Shown here piece by piece: positions 9,275-18,395 of a stretch of 45,099 bases of DNA. Source of the DNA: an uncultured archaeon. GTDB lineage: Archaea > Altiarchaeota > Altiarchaeia > JAFGQM01. The stretch spans positions 1-45,099 of the forward strand of contig CAYMNU010000068.1 of assembly GCA_964391885.1 (NCBI GenBank). The letters are read 5' to 3'. Position 1 is the first letter of the stretch. Each line of letters begins with the position of its first letter. The position numbers and the translations under genes were made by a program. The notes under the pieces were generated by a model. The model did no database searches, was not told the origin of the DNA, and saw nothing but the letters and a program-made list of their open reading frames with translations.

Positions 9275-9350
9275 TTTTCGGCAAATAATAGGATTGTGCG
9301 TATATTATCAGGGTCTGATTATTTATATGGTCATTCTCTTAATTAATAAT

Positions 9351-11987
9351 ATGCCCGAAAAAGGCCTGAGCTCCAAAGAAGCAAAAGCGCTTCTTGTCAA
9401 GTACGGCCCGAATGAGATAAAAGACATCTCTAAAAGAACCCCCCTTAAAATACTGTTGGAGCAGATCAAGGGCAATTTCATATTCTACATACTAGTGTTC
9501 GCCATGGTAGCTTCCTTTGCAGTAGGCAAAGACATTACGGGGTATGTGCTTGGCGTAGTAATACTAATGGTTGTCGGAGTATCATTTGTCCAAGAATACA
9601 AGTCAGAGAAGGCCATTCAGCTATTGAAGAATATGATAGTCCCGATATCAATAGCCCTGCGCGATGGCAAGGAGTGCGAAGTCCTTTCGTCCGAGCTCGT
9701 TCCTGGCGATATAATAATCCTTCGCGGCGGCGATCGAGTACCTGCAGATTGTGTCGTGTTGCATGAGAATGAACTGAGGCTCAACGAAGCCATGCTGACT
9801 GGGGAAGCATCTGAGATCAAGAAGCGAACCATCACTACGAAAGAGCCAACAGAAGAAAATTCTTTATTTATGGGCACTTATATCGTAAATGGCAAGGGCG
9901 TTGCGAGAGTCATACACACAGGCATGAACACCCGCTTTGGAAAAATATCCAAGCTCATCTCTACTGCAGAGAAAGATATGCCCCTTCAAAGGAAAGTAAA
10001 CAAGATAGCAAAATACATGACTGTAATAGCCATAACGCTCTCGACACTGACTGCCTTATTTATGATTGCGGTAGCACCCGAAATAACCGACCAGGTACTC
10101 ATCGACTCACTCATACTTGCAATAACATTAATAGTGTCTGCATTTCCTGAAAGCTTCCCCGTCGTCCTCATAACGGCGCTGGCTACCGGTTCATATCGAA
10201 TGGCCAAGAAAAACGCGATCGTAAATCGCATGTCAATAATAGAGACTCTGGGCGAGACCACAGTTATCTGTTCGGACAAGACGGGCACGATAACCAAAGG
10301 AGAAATGACGACAAAGAAGATAGTATTGCCTTCCGGAACTATCGAACTCTCGGGTGTCGGCTACACCAGCCATGGTGAGTTCAGTTCAGGCGGAAAGCCG
10401 CTGAACCCACATAACAATAGAAATCTCAAGCTCTTCCTAGAGTCAGCAGTCCTATGCAATGATGCCATAATAGAGAGAACCGGCGAGGATAGTAACTATG
10501 CAGTGTTAGGCAGCCCGACCGAGGCCGCCTTATTGATTATGGCATCCAAGGCAGGTTTGTTTAAAGGAGATATGGCAGCAGAACGCATAGAAGAGATCCC
10601 CTTTAGTTCAGAGCGAAAGTTCATGTCAGTTCTTTGCTCAAAGGAGGGTCACAACATAGTTTACTCCAAGGGCGCACCCGAGGTCCTACTAAAGAAATGT
10701 AGTCATATTCAAAAAGGGGAAAAGATACTCAGGCTTACAAAAGAAATGGCGGCAGGCATATTAAGGGAAAGCAGCACACTTAACTCACAGGCTTTTAGAA
10801 CCATAGCCCTTGCATACAAGGAAGCCGGGCAGAAAGACTTGGAAGAACTGGAAAAGGGCCTTGTTTTTCTAGGTTTCGCAGCTCTCGAGGATCCTCCTCG
10901 CGATGAAGTCCCGGAAGCGATAAAAGAGTGCGTCCGCGCCGGGATTTCGGTGAAGCTCATAACTGGTGACCACAGGGATACCGCACTTTCGATAGCCACC
11001 CAGATAGGTCTTAGTGGAAATGTTATGGAAGGAGAAGAGATAGACAAGATAACTGATGATGAGCTTTCGGTGAGGATGGACGATATAGTGATCTTTGCAA
11101 GAGTCCGCCCCGAGCATAAGCTAAGGATAGTTCGCGCACTCAAATCCAGGGGTGAAGTCGTCACCATGACTGGCGACGGCATAAACGATGCACCTGCATT
11201 GAAAGAAGCCCAAATAGGCATTGCGATGGGCAAAAGCGGCACCGATGTGACCCGGTCGGTCGCTGATCTTACACTTAAAGACGACAATTTTGCAACTATA
11301 GTTTCAGCCATAAAAGAGGGCCGATCGATATTTTGGAATATCAGGAAATTCGTAAGTTATCAGCTTTCAGATAATATTGCCGAGCTTTTAGCCCTTTTCA
11401 TTGGGGTTTTACTCATGCCTGTTCTTGGGTGGCCCATACCCATGCTACTCGCCCTCCAGATACTCTTCATGAACCTTGTGACTGACAATACCCCCTCTAT
11501 AACTCTGGCTGTTAATAGGCCCTCACACGATATAATGACCCATCCGCCCAGGCGCAATTCAGAGATACTCAATAGAAGCCTGGTTAAACTTATCTTATTT
11601 ACTGGCTCTTTTATGGCCTTTATGGTGATTCTCACGTTTGGCATATCCTATCTTTGGGTTGGCACAAGCATTGAATATGCACGGTCATCCGCACTGGTGT
11701 GCCTCATACTCCTTGAGGTGACATCTGCCTATAACTTTAGGTCTCTCCGCAAGGGTTTTTTCCAAATGCCTATAAACAGCAACCCTTACCTAGTTTATGC
11801 CACCCTTATATCCTTGACAGCCACTCTATTAATTATCTACTCCCCGCTTAATACAATCTTTGGGACTGCCCCCCTTGCTCCGGAGTCATGGCTGCTGCTC
11901 ATGCTGCCACCGATATTGCTGATATTAGTCTTTGATCTGCTTAAGAATCTGAACCGCAAATACAGATTTTTAGATTTTGACAGTTAA
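9351..11987 (+). CDS. P2-type cation-transporting ATPase (Ca2+-ATPase-like)
   Basis: DKTGT, KGAPE, DPPR, TGD, TGDGINDAPAL, QILFMNLVTD; variant motifs TGEA and PESFP. Start at MPEKGL. Confidence 0.93.
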   Translation: MPEKGLSSKEAKALLVKYGPNEIKDISKRTPLKILLEQIKGNFIFYILVFAMVASFAVGKDITGYVLGVVILMVVGVSFVQEYKSEKAIQLLKNMIVPISIALRDGKECEVLSSELVPGDIIILRGGDRVPADCVVLHENELRLNEAMLTGEASEIKKRTITTKEPTEENSLFMGTYIVNGKGVARVIHTGMNTRFGKISKLISTAEKDMPLQRKVNKIAKYMTVIAITLSTLTALFMIAVAPEITDQVLIDSLILAITLIVSAFPESFPVVLITALATGSYRMAKKNAIVNRMSIIETLGETTVICSDKTGTITKGEMTTKKIVLPSGTIELSGVGYTSHGEFSSGGKPLNPHNNRNLKLFLESAVLCNDAIIERTGEDSNYAVLGSPTEAALLIMASKAGLFKGDMAAERIEEIPFSSERKFMSVLCSKEGHNIVYSKGAPEVLLKKCSHIQKGEKILRLTKEMAAGILRESSTLNSQAFRTIALAYKEAGQKDLEELEKGLVFLGFAALEDPPRDEVPEAIKECVRAGISVKLITGDHRDTALSIATQIGLSGNVMEGEEIDKITDDELSVRMDDIVIFARVRPEHKLRIVRALKSRGEVVTMTGDGINDAPALKEAQIGIAMGKSGTDVTRSVADLTLKDDNFATIVSAIKEGRSIFWNIRKFVSYQLSDNIAELLALFIGVLLMPVLGWPIPMLLALQILFMNLVTDNTPSITLAVNRPSHDIMTHPPRRNSEILNRSLVKLILFTGSFMAFMVILTFGISYLWVGTSIEYARSSALVCLILLEVTSAYNFRSLRKGFFQMPINSNPYLVYATLISLTATLLIIYSPLNTIFGTAPLAPESWLLLMLPPILLILVFDLLKNLNRKYRFLDFDS

Positions 11988-12010
11988 TAGGCTTAACAGG
12001 CAAATATACC

Positions 12011-12301
12011 ATGGATAATTTACGCATAGAAGTATTTACTTCACCCTCCTGCCCGCATTGCCCTGCAGCTGTCAAAGCGACCGAGGCTTTCCTGGAGGCA
12101 AACCCGGAACTCGCCAAAAGCATAAGCTGGAAAACACTCAGCCTTGCTTCTCCAGAGGGCTCTAAGCTGGCTCGGGAATACGGCATACGCTCCGTGCCCA
12201 CTATAGTCGCTACCAATGAGAAAGGCATTAAAACAGCTTATGTGGGCGCGCCTATACAACGGACTTACAAGGCCTTCATAAGCGAAGCAATGAAAGCCTG
12301 A
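12011..12301 (+). CDS. Thioredoxin/glutaredoxin-like protein
   Basis: FTSPSCPHCP, YGIRSVPT, YVGAP. Confidence 0.88.
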   Translation: MDNLRIEVFTSPSCPHCPAAVKATEAFLEANPELAKSISWKTLSLASPEGSKLAREYGIRSVPTIVATNEKGIKTAYVGAPIQRTYKAFISEAMKA

Positions 12302-12324
12302 AACGCGCATTTCCATCCGCGCCC

Positions 12325-13131
12325 TTAATCTCTTAAAAGCCTAAGGAATAGCCCTGCAGCTATCAAGTCTGCTGTGGTCCCAGGATTCTTTTTGTTGCCT
12401 TCTGCGCGCAGATATTGATCAAATTCGAGGGGACTCGTTCGCCCTTCCAGAACCTCACTCGCCATATGGGAGACATGCATAGCCTCTTCCATCCCGCACT
12501 TGCGGGCTATCAGGGTATCGGGATATTTCGAGAGCGTGAACAGATAGGCATGTATTATAAATTCAGGATCCGTCTTGATTTTCCTCCCAATTACCCGGCT
12601 TATTGGAAAGTCCCCTACCCATTCCCGTGCTATAGTATCATGAGGGGCAGCAAGTTCCATGAGCTTCAAGGGTGTTATACTCTCTTCTTCAATAACCTTG
12701 AATATGTCTTTCGAGAAAATATCATACTTTGAAAGGCTATCGTCTTTTAGCCCCATACTTCCAAGCCTCCCTTTTTGCATAGCCTTGATTATCCATTTGC
12801 TGTCTTCTGATGTGAGCGATTTCATAAGGGTTCTTGTCGAATCCCCATGCGCGGCTGCAAGAGGCATTAACATCATGATTATCCCGAAGTTGGCGTTCTT
12901 TTTTTTACTAGTTGCATCATATATGAGCTTGCCCAGAGCCGCCTTTTCAGCTTCCCTCGCTGCCTTTTCGATTATCGGCTCCAGCCTCTCCGCGCCCTTC
13001 ACAAAGTCCATGTAACCCGTGTCCCTGAAGCTCTTTGTAGGTGTCACGTTTCCCGGCTTCTCTGCGGAAACCTCCAGTAGGCAGGCCTGCCGCGCACATC
13101 TTGCAAGTTCAGCTGAACTCTTCTTTTTCAT
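12325..13131 (-). CDS. citG: CitG-family protein (archaeal type)
   Basis: LLEVSAEKPGNV, NANFGIIMMLMPL, PDTLIARK, NPGTTADL. Confidence 0.85.
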   Translation of the reverse strand: MKKKSSAELARCARQACLLEVSAEKPGNVTPTKSFRDTGYMDFVKGAERLEPIIEKAAREAEKAALGKLIYDATSKKKNANFGIIMMLMPLAAAHGDSTRTLMKSLTSEDSKWIIKAMQKGRLGSMGLKDDSLSKYDIFSKDIFKVIEEESITPLKLMELAAPHDTIAREWVGDFPISRVIGRKIKTDPEFIIHAYLFTLSKYPDTLIARKCGMEEAMHVSHMASEVLEGRTSPLEFDQYLRAEGNKKNPGTTADLIAAGLFLRLLRD

Positions 13132-13146
13132 GGCTCTAATTTATCT

Positions 13147-13806
13147 ATGCAAGAGAGAAAACTGCAGCTGGTTTATGAGCGGCTTTTAGAGCACTTTGGC
13201 CCGCAAGACTGGTGGCCTGCCAAGACTAGATTCGAAGTGGTTGTCGGTGCGATACTGACTCAGAATACGAACTGGAAAAATGTCGAGCAGGTTATCTTGG
13301 ATTTGAAGTCCAAAGGGCTGCTGGATCCAAAGGCCTTGGATGCAGTCCCCATAAATGAGCTTGCACTCTTACTAAGGAAAGCTGGATACTTCAACCAAAA
13401 GGCGAGGAAGCTAAAAGCGTTCGTGGATTATTTTAGGCAATATAACTTCAGTTTTGAGGGTCTTATGGAAAAGGACAAGGATTCCCTCAGGGAAGAGCTT
13501 TTATCAATCTGGGGCATCGGGCCGGAGACTGCGGACGACATCCTTCTATATGCCCTGGACAAGCCCTCATTCGTCATAGATGCATACACGCGCAGGGTTT
13601 TCTCCCGCATGGGATTAGCTAGAAATACCGGCTATGATGCGCTCAAAGCTTTCTTTGAGACCAACTCCCAATGGACCGAAGACAGAAAACTGGAGACCTT
13701 CAAAGAGTACCACGCTCTGATAGACGAGCTTGCCAAAGGGCATTGCCGCACAAAGCCGTTTTGCAAAAACTGCCCACTATGCGATTTATGTTTGCAGAAA
13801 ATCTAA
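13147..13806 (+). CDS. Endonuclease III-related HhH-GPD DNA glycosylase with 4Fe-4S cluster
   Basis: GAILTQNTNW, GIGPETAD (Glu where bifunctional Nth has Lys), VIDAY, CRTKPFCKNCPLCDLC. Confidence 0.9.
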   Translation: MQERKLQLVYERLLEHFGPQDWWPAKTRFEVVVGAILTQNTNWKNVEQVILDLKSKGLLDPKALDAVPINELALLLRKAGYFNQKARKLKAFVDYFRQYNFSFEGLMEKDKDSLREELLSIWGIGPETADDILLYALDKPSFVIDAYTRRVFSRMGLARNTGYDALKAFFETNSQWTEDRKLETFKEYHALIDELAKGHCRTKPFCKNCPLCDLCLQKI

Positions 13807-13815
13807 TAAAGCAAT

Positions 13816-14589
13816 ATGGGCTTTTTCACAAACTTCCTCATAATCTCGATATTCCTGGGGCCGGGGCTTGCTATATCCTACGGGATGGAAAACCCTTCTT
13901 TCCGGCCTGCAGCGCATCTCTTCACGCTCATGGCATTCCAATGTTTGGGTATAGCAATAGTCTACATACTCTTGAGCATTCTCCCTACTGACATTCGCTT
14001 CAATAATAAGGTCCTTGACAAGGTTGTTGACTACCTCCATGACACGCGCGACGGTGTTGTAAAGACACTAGACAATGTCACATCCATATTTAAAAAGAAT
14101 TTTGGCGATTTGGGTTTCTATGCTGCGCTGGGATTTATAAGTTTTGCATACGGAGTCTACATAGCGGCAGCCGTGGCTTATGTACTCAAGGTTAAGATAC
14201 GGCGGGCCATGGTTTCCATTTCAATCGGCGGTGCAATCGCAATAGTCTTTTGGTATTTCCTGGCTTTGGGCTACATACCATTCATTACGCCCGTTTCTGT
14301 ATTTATTGCGGTTACTGGACTTTCCGCAGTAATGATGATATACGGCTATTCACGGGAGAACCGCACAATACGAAGAATAGCCGGTCAGGTGATCGAAAGA
14401 AGGCAGGAGATAAAAAAACATCGGCATTCTTTTCAAAGAGAGGTAGTAAAGACTGCCAAACTGGCTGGAAAGGAGGCAATCAAAGGCGGAAAGGCAGCTG
14501 AATCGCATGCCAGGAAAGCCGCAATAAAATCAAAAGAGGCTGCAGAAGATTTTATTGAAAAAGGCTCTCAACGAATATCTCAGCTATGA
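13816..14589 (+). CDS. Multi-pass membrane protein with basic helical C-terminal tail (weak resemblance to the putative small multidrug export family)
   Basis: About 6 hydrophobic segments; GVYIAAAVAYVLKV...ISIGGAIA. The 3' end overlaps pheT convergently by 38 nt. Confidence 0.7.
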   Translation: MGFFTNFLIISIFLGPGLAISYGMENPSFRPAAHLFTLMAFQCLGIAIVYILLSILPTDIRFNNKVLDKVVDYLHDTRDGVVKTLDNVTSIFKKNFGDLGFYAALGFISFAYGVYIAAAVAYVLKVKIRRAMVSISIGGAIAIVFWYFLALGYIPFITPVSVFIAVTGLSAVMMIYGYSRENRTIRRIAGQVIERRQEIKKHRHSFQREVVKTAKLAGKEAIKGGKAAESHARKAAIKSKEAAEDFIEKGSQRISQL

Positions 14590-16171
14590 CTGCCGGATAC
14601 TCCAACCCGAAGCTCTCCAGGACCTCGGGGTGCACTTCGCCGAATACGCCTGCCCTTTTGTTTCCTATGGTTATCTCTCCGCATCGGCCTTTGATAAACA
14701 CGCTTCCCCCATCTTCCTTGAGCTTGTAATCGATACCAAGGCCCCGCAGAAGAGCCTCGATGACTGATTGCATATCCGAGAAATTTACAGAGTTATCAAG
14801 TATGGCAATGCCAAGCCTTTTTCGGTTTTCCCAATCCTTTCGTCCCGGCACCACGTCATCCACTTCAAATATCCGCTGAGGAAGCTTCTTCTTTTTGTTG
14901 TAAGCCAGCGTGCCGAGAATGCTTGCAATAGCCGATGTGCGCATGATTGTGAAATCCTCTGTCCTCGGATTCTTTATCTTAACTGGATTTGCAGACAGCC
15001 TTGCCTTTTCAAGTGCTGCGGGATTAGTTAGCGTAAAAGGCACAGTCTCCTGGAAACCCAGGCCCAGCATAAGCATCTTCAGGCCAAACACACTCTCTTC
15101 AAGGCAATCGGGCTTTCCTATTGTCGGTATTTTGGCTTCCATGGGCTCAAAATTCCCGTAACCGTAAGCGATTGCTATGTCTTCTACGAGATCTATCGGG
15201 TGGAGGACGTCCGCCCTATAACATGGAATGAGTACCTCAAGCGATGCGGCTCCCAATGATTCAACACCATAACCCATTTTCTCTAAGAGCCTTTTGATAT
15301 CCGCAGGCTCTAAATCCAGTCCCAGGAGCCGGCTTGCATAAGCAGTGTCTAGTTTCATCTTTCCCGCTGCGAGGTCAAGCCCCTTTCCATTGATATCAAC
15401 CGAGATTATCTGCCCTCCGCGATCCGCAAGCGAGCTAAGCACTATGTTGAGCGCATGTTTGAGCGACAGCTCATTGGTCCCTGTCATTTCTATAAACAGG
15501 TTGCTTGTTTTCTCAGTCACTCGCGTCCTGTCGGCATTTATCACAGGCGGCAGTGACACAACACCTTTTTGGTCCATGACAAAAGGCAGCCCTTTCTTGC
15601 CTTCCAATATATGCCCATAATCCCTGCCCTTCGGGTGTTTTTCCAGCACCTCTCCGGCAATCATCTCTTCGCCGAAGTCCAGCGGAACGAAGGAGACATC
15701 ACTGGGCTTTGCCGCAGTGTATCTGTATGGCGGCAGGGTTTTGTTGAAGTCGTGTATTCCTATGGCAACCTTCGCCCTCTTCCTGCCGTGCGAGCCGTGG
15801 AGGGCTTCCTGCATGTTTATTATCGAAAGAAGTATGTCGTCAGTCATCGGCAGGTTCTTAACGACTGCCGCGATGATGAAGGGTCTAACTCCCCTTACCA
15901 AATCATCTGTCTTGAGGGAGATGCCTGAGTCCTGCACTTTATACTCTCTGAGCCCGTCCTCAAGTCCTGTGAACGTCTTATAAGCGCGGGCAAATCCTTC
16001 TACAGAAAGCATGTCCGGGCGATTGGGAAAGACCTCTACGACAATCTTCTCTTCCGTGACCTCTTCAACACTAGTCCCCAGCATAGCCGCACGCTCTTCC
16101 AGCTCCTTCAAAGGGACTTTTTTCCCCACAAGCCTCATGAAGTCGCCAGTGGGGAATTCAGCAGTAGGCAT
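14552..16171 (-). CDS. pheT: Phenylalanyl-tRNA synthetase beta subunit (archaeal type)
   Basis: PNRPDMLSVEG, KVAIGIHD, PPVIN, YRADVLHPIDLVEDIAIAYGY, GEVHPEVL. Confidence 0.96.
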   Translation of the reverse strand: MPTAEFPTGDFMRLVGKKVPLKELEERAAMLGTSVEEVTEEKIVVEVFPNRPDMLSVEGFARAYKTFTGLEDGLREYKVQDSGISLKTDDLVRGVRPFIIAAVVKNLPMTDDILLSIINMQEALHGSHGRKRAKVAIGIHDFNKTLPPYRYTAAKPSDVSFVPLDFGEEMIAGEVLEKHPKGRDYGHILEGKKGLPFVMDQKGVVSLPPVINADRTRVTEKTSNLFIEMTGTNELSLKHALNIVLSSLADRGGQIISVDINGKGLDLAAGKMKLDTAYASRLLGLDLEPADIKRLLEKMGYGVESLGAASLEVLIPCYRADVLHPIDLVEDIAIAYGYGNFEPMEAKIPTIGKPDCLEESVFGLKMLMLGLGFQETVPFTLTNPAALEKARLSANPVKIKNPRTEDFTIMRTSAIASILGTLAYNKKKKLPQRIFEVDDVVPGRKDWENRKRLGIAILDNSVNFSDMQSVIEALLRGLGIDYKLKEDGGSVFIKGRCGEITIGNKRAGVFGEVHPEVLESFGLEYPAVIAEIFVESLFQ

Positions 16172-16214
16172 ATTCTATCATTGTATTTTTGTATATCGTG
16201 CTTAAAAGTATAGC

Positions 16215-16436
16215 ATGAAACTTATTGTACTTGCATTGGTCGTACTTTTGCTGCCGATAGCATCAGCGCAGGACGCCGAAAACGGCTCAAATGCTCTGGA
16301 TTTCATACGGGACCTCAACCCCCTCTTTTTAATAATAGCAGGCATCTTGTTGTTCTTTGCTTCCCATCTCGCCAAATTCATAGCGATAATACTAGTTATA
16401 ATCGGCATTGCGGGGCTTTTAATCTCGCTACTCTAA
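16215..16436 (+). CDS. Small secreted/membrane protein (signal peptide + 2 C-terminal TM helices)
   Basis: MKLIVLALVVLLLPIASA|Q signal; C-terminal hydrophobic hairpin similar to the next gene. Confidence 0.75.
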   Translation: MKLIVLALVVLLLPIASAQDAENGSNALDFIRDLNPLFLIIAGILLFFASHLAKFIAIILVIIGIAGLLISLL

Positions 16437-16466
16437 GGTTTTTGTTCAAAGAAGCGTTAATTAATC

Positions 16467-16865
16467 ATGAAAAGGATATTAACCCTCCTCATAGTGCTTG
16501 CAGCCCTGCAAGCGGCATGCGCCGAAGAAGTTACGTACAATACATCGGAAGCATCGGATTATAATGAAACCAACGGAATCAATGAAAGCGAGATTGCATT
16601 AAATGGCTCCAATGGCATTATTCCTGACTTTGGCATAAACTTTTCTGAGATCAATACAAGCGAGCTTTCTGAAAAAGCACTTAATGCCACAAGAACCGGA
16701 GTCGAACCCATCGATGGCACTGTGCAGTTCCTAATAGATGCGAGCCCCTTTTTGTTGCTTATAATAGGCATTGTGGTTTTTCTCTTCGCCGGTTTCGCAA
16801 AGATAATCGCAATAATAATCATAATAATAGCCGTTATCCGCCTACTGCAGATGATGTTTTTCTAA
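16467..16865 (+). CDS. Membrane-anchored surface glycoprotein
   Basis: Sec signal, acidic ectodomain with 7 N-x-S/T sequons, two C-terminal TM helices. Confidence 0.78.
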   Translation: MKRILTLLIVLAALQAACAEEVTYNTSEASDYNETNGINESEIALNGSNGIIPDFGINFSEINTSELSEKALNATRTGVEPIDGTVQFLIDASPFLLLIIGIVVFLFAGFAKIIAIIIIIIAVIRLLQMMFF

Positions 16866-17008
16866 TGATGGACGGTCTGTGCGACCATTGCGGCATGGAG
16901 TCATTCAAAATGATTTCCTGCCCTCTTTGCGGCTCAAGGGTATGCCCCTCATGCTTCAATAGCGAGAGGAGGGCATGCGATGCCTGTGCCAGGGGGCGCC
17001 AGTTCTAA
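16865..17008 (+). CDS. 47-aa double zinc-finger microprotein (4x CxxC)
   Basis: MMDGLCDHCGMESFKMISCPLCGSRVCPSCFNSERRACDACARGRQF*; TAATG coupling to the upstream stop. Not in the ORF track. Confidence 0.8.
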   Translation: MMDGLCDHCGMESFKMISCPLCGSRVCPSCFNSERRACDACARGRQF

Positions 17009-17072
17009 TGATTCAAGGTTTTAATAGATTATCACCTAATTATTATGCCCAAAAACCCGGCAAAACCCGAAG

Positions 17073-17384
17073 ATGATAACCCGCAAGGATAGTAAGCTCG
17101 TTGATTTGGAGTACATGATACCCAAAGAGCACAAAGAAGCGCACGAAGAGCCCATTTCCCAGGAATGCTTGGTACTTAAAGAAGTTTGTCATGCCTGTGG
17201 AAGGGATTCTGAGGAGATAGTGCTACTCCCAGTATTCCACAAAGGCGATGACAAGTGGATATGCCCGCAGTGCCTCAAAGGGCATTTGGGAGAACCTGTG
17301 CAAAGCTATGTTAGCGCAGAAACAACCTACTCCCAGGAAGAAACACAGCCAGAAAGTCCGGGTCCGATGTCTTTATTTGACTGA
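17073..17384 (+). CDS. Zn-ribbon-containing hypothetical protein
   Basis: VCHACG...WICPQCL and an acidic tail. Start uncertain (out-of-frame ATG at 17045). Confidence 0.7.
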   Translation: MITRKDSKLVDLEYMIPKEHKEAHEEPISQECLVLKEVCHACGRDSEEIVLLPVFHKGDDKWICPQCLKGHLGEPVQSYVSAETTYSQEETQPESPGPMSLFD

Positions 17385-17397
17385 AGCATAGAACTAG

Positions 17398-18330
17398 TCA
17401 ACATATCTCCGTACCTAGTCCTTTATCCAAGGCTTTCTGGTAGACCAGGCTTGCCATGGCGACATCTTGAAGTGCGGTTCCCACTGATTTGAAGATAGTT
17501 ATATCTTCAGGAGATTTTCTTATCTTCCTGCCATTAAGGGCGTCCTGTATCTCAATGATATCGCCTTTGTAGCCCTTCAGATCGCCCGACTTGAGGCTAT
17601 CCTTTGAATCTGCGACGATGCATTTAGCCTTCTTTATGACGTCCTCATCCAATTCTCTGGCATCCGGGGTATGCGCGCCTATGGAAGTTATATGAGTCCC
17701 GGGCTTAATCTTGCTGCCGATGACGACAGGTTTCTTGGAAAGAGTGGCGGCGACTATAATATCAGCATCCAAAACGCCTTCAGAGGTTGATTTCTCTATG
17801 GCCAGCCCTAAGCCTTTCATATCTGCGATGAAAGCATCCATCGCAGCTTCAGTGGGGTCAAAAATTTTGACTGTATCAATCTTGCGAACCTTAGTCAAAC
17901 CCTCTAATTGGGTCCTTGCCTGCACCCCGCAGCCCAATATACCGACTACTTTTGAATCCTCTCGTGATAGTTGCTTTGCTCCAAGAGCTCCAAGCGCCCC
18001 GGTCCTGACGGCCGTGAGCATGCTGCCGTCTATTATCGCTTTCACTTCACCTGTTTCGGTGTCGGCAAAGACTATAGTGGCTATAATGGTTGGCTTCCCG
18101 ATCTTCTTATTCTCCGGATAATCGCAGACTATCTTGCAGGCTATTCCCATGCCGTCAACGTAAACGGGCATGAAGCCCCACCACTTCTCGCTGTTCGGGA
18201 GCGTGAACTGTGTCTTTTGAGGATAAATAGTCCGCCCTGCGGCGTGCTTAAGAAAAGCCAGCTCGACTGCGCCAATAGCATCATCCATCGAGACGAGCTT
18301 AGCGACATCGTCTTTGTTTAAGTAGAGCAT
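17398..18330 (-). CDS. Ornithine cyclodeaminase/mu-crystallin family (archaeal alanine dehydrogenase-like)
   Basis: KIVCDYPEN, LTAVRTGA, GCGVQA, SIGAH, FKSVGTALQD. Confidence 0.9.
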   Translation of the reverse strand: MLYLNKDDVAKLVSMDDAIGAVELAFLKHAAGRTIYPQKTQFTLPNSEKWWGFMPVYVDGMGIACKIVCDYPENKKIGKPTIIATIVFADTETGEVKAIIDGSMLTAVRTGALGALGAKQLSREDSKVVGILGCGVQARTQLEGLTKVRKIDTVKIFDPTEAAMDAFIADMKGLGLAIEKSTSEGVLDADIIVAATLSKKPVVIGSKIKPGTHITSIGAHTPDARELDEDVIKKAKCIVADSKDSLKSGDLKGYKGDIIEIQDALNGRKIRKSPEDITIFKSVGTALQDVAMASLVYQKALDKGLGTEIC

Positions 18331-18395
18331 TGTAGTGTAAATTTAATTTAGCGGTAGAAAAATCCGACAAAACTCGAAACCCTCATCAGATGCTC

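Noticed and set aside
10709-11311. 200-aa minus-strand ORF
   Set aside because: Antisense shadow of the P-type ATPase.
13147-13806. Calling this gene nth (bifunctional endonuclease III)
   Set aside because: The HhH motif has Glu (GPET) instead of the lyase Lys, which fits a known monofunctional subfamily; not novel.
13786-14040. 84-aa minus-strand ORF that looks protein-like
   Set aside because: It lies antisense to a convincing membrane protein gene and the end of the glycosylase gene.
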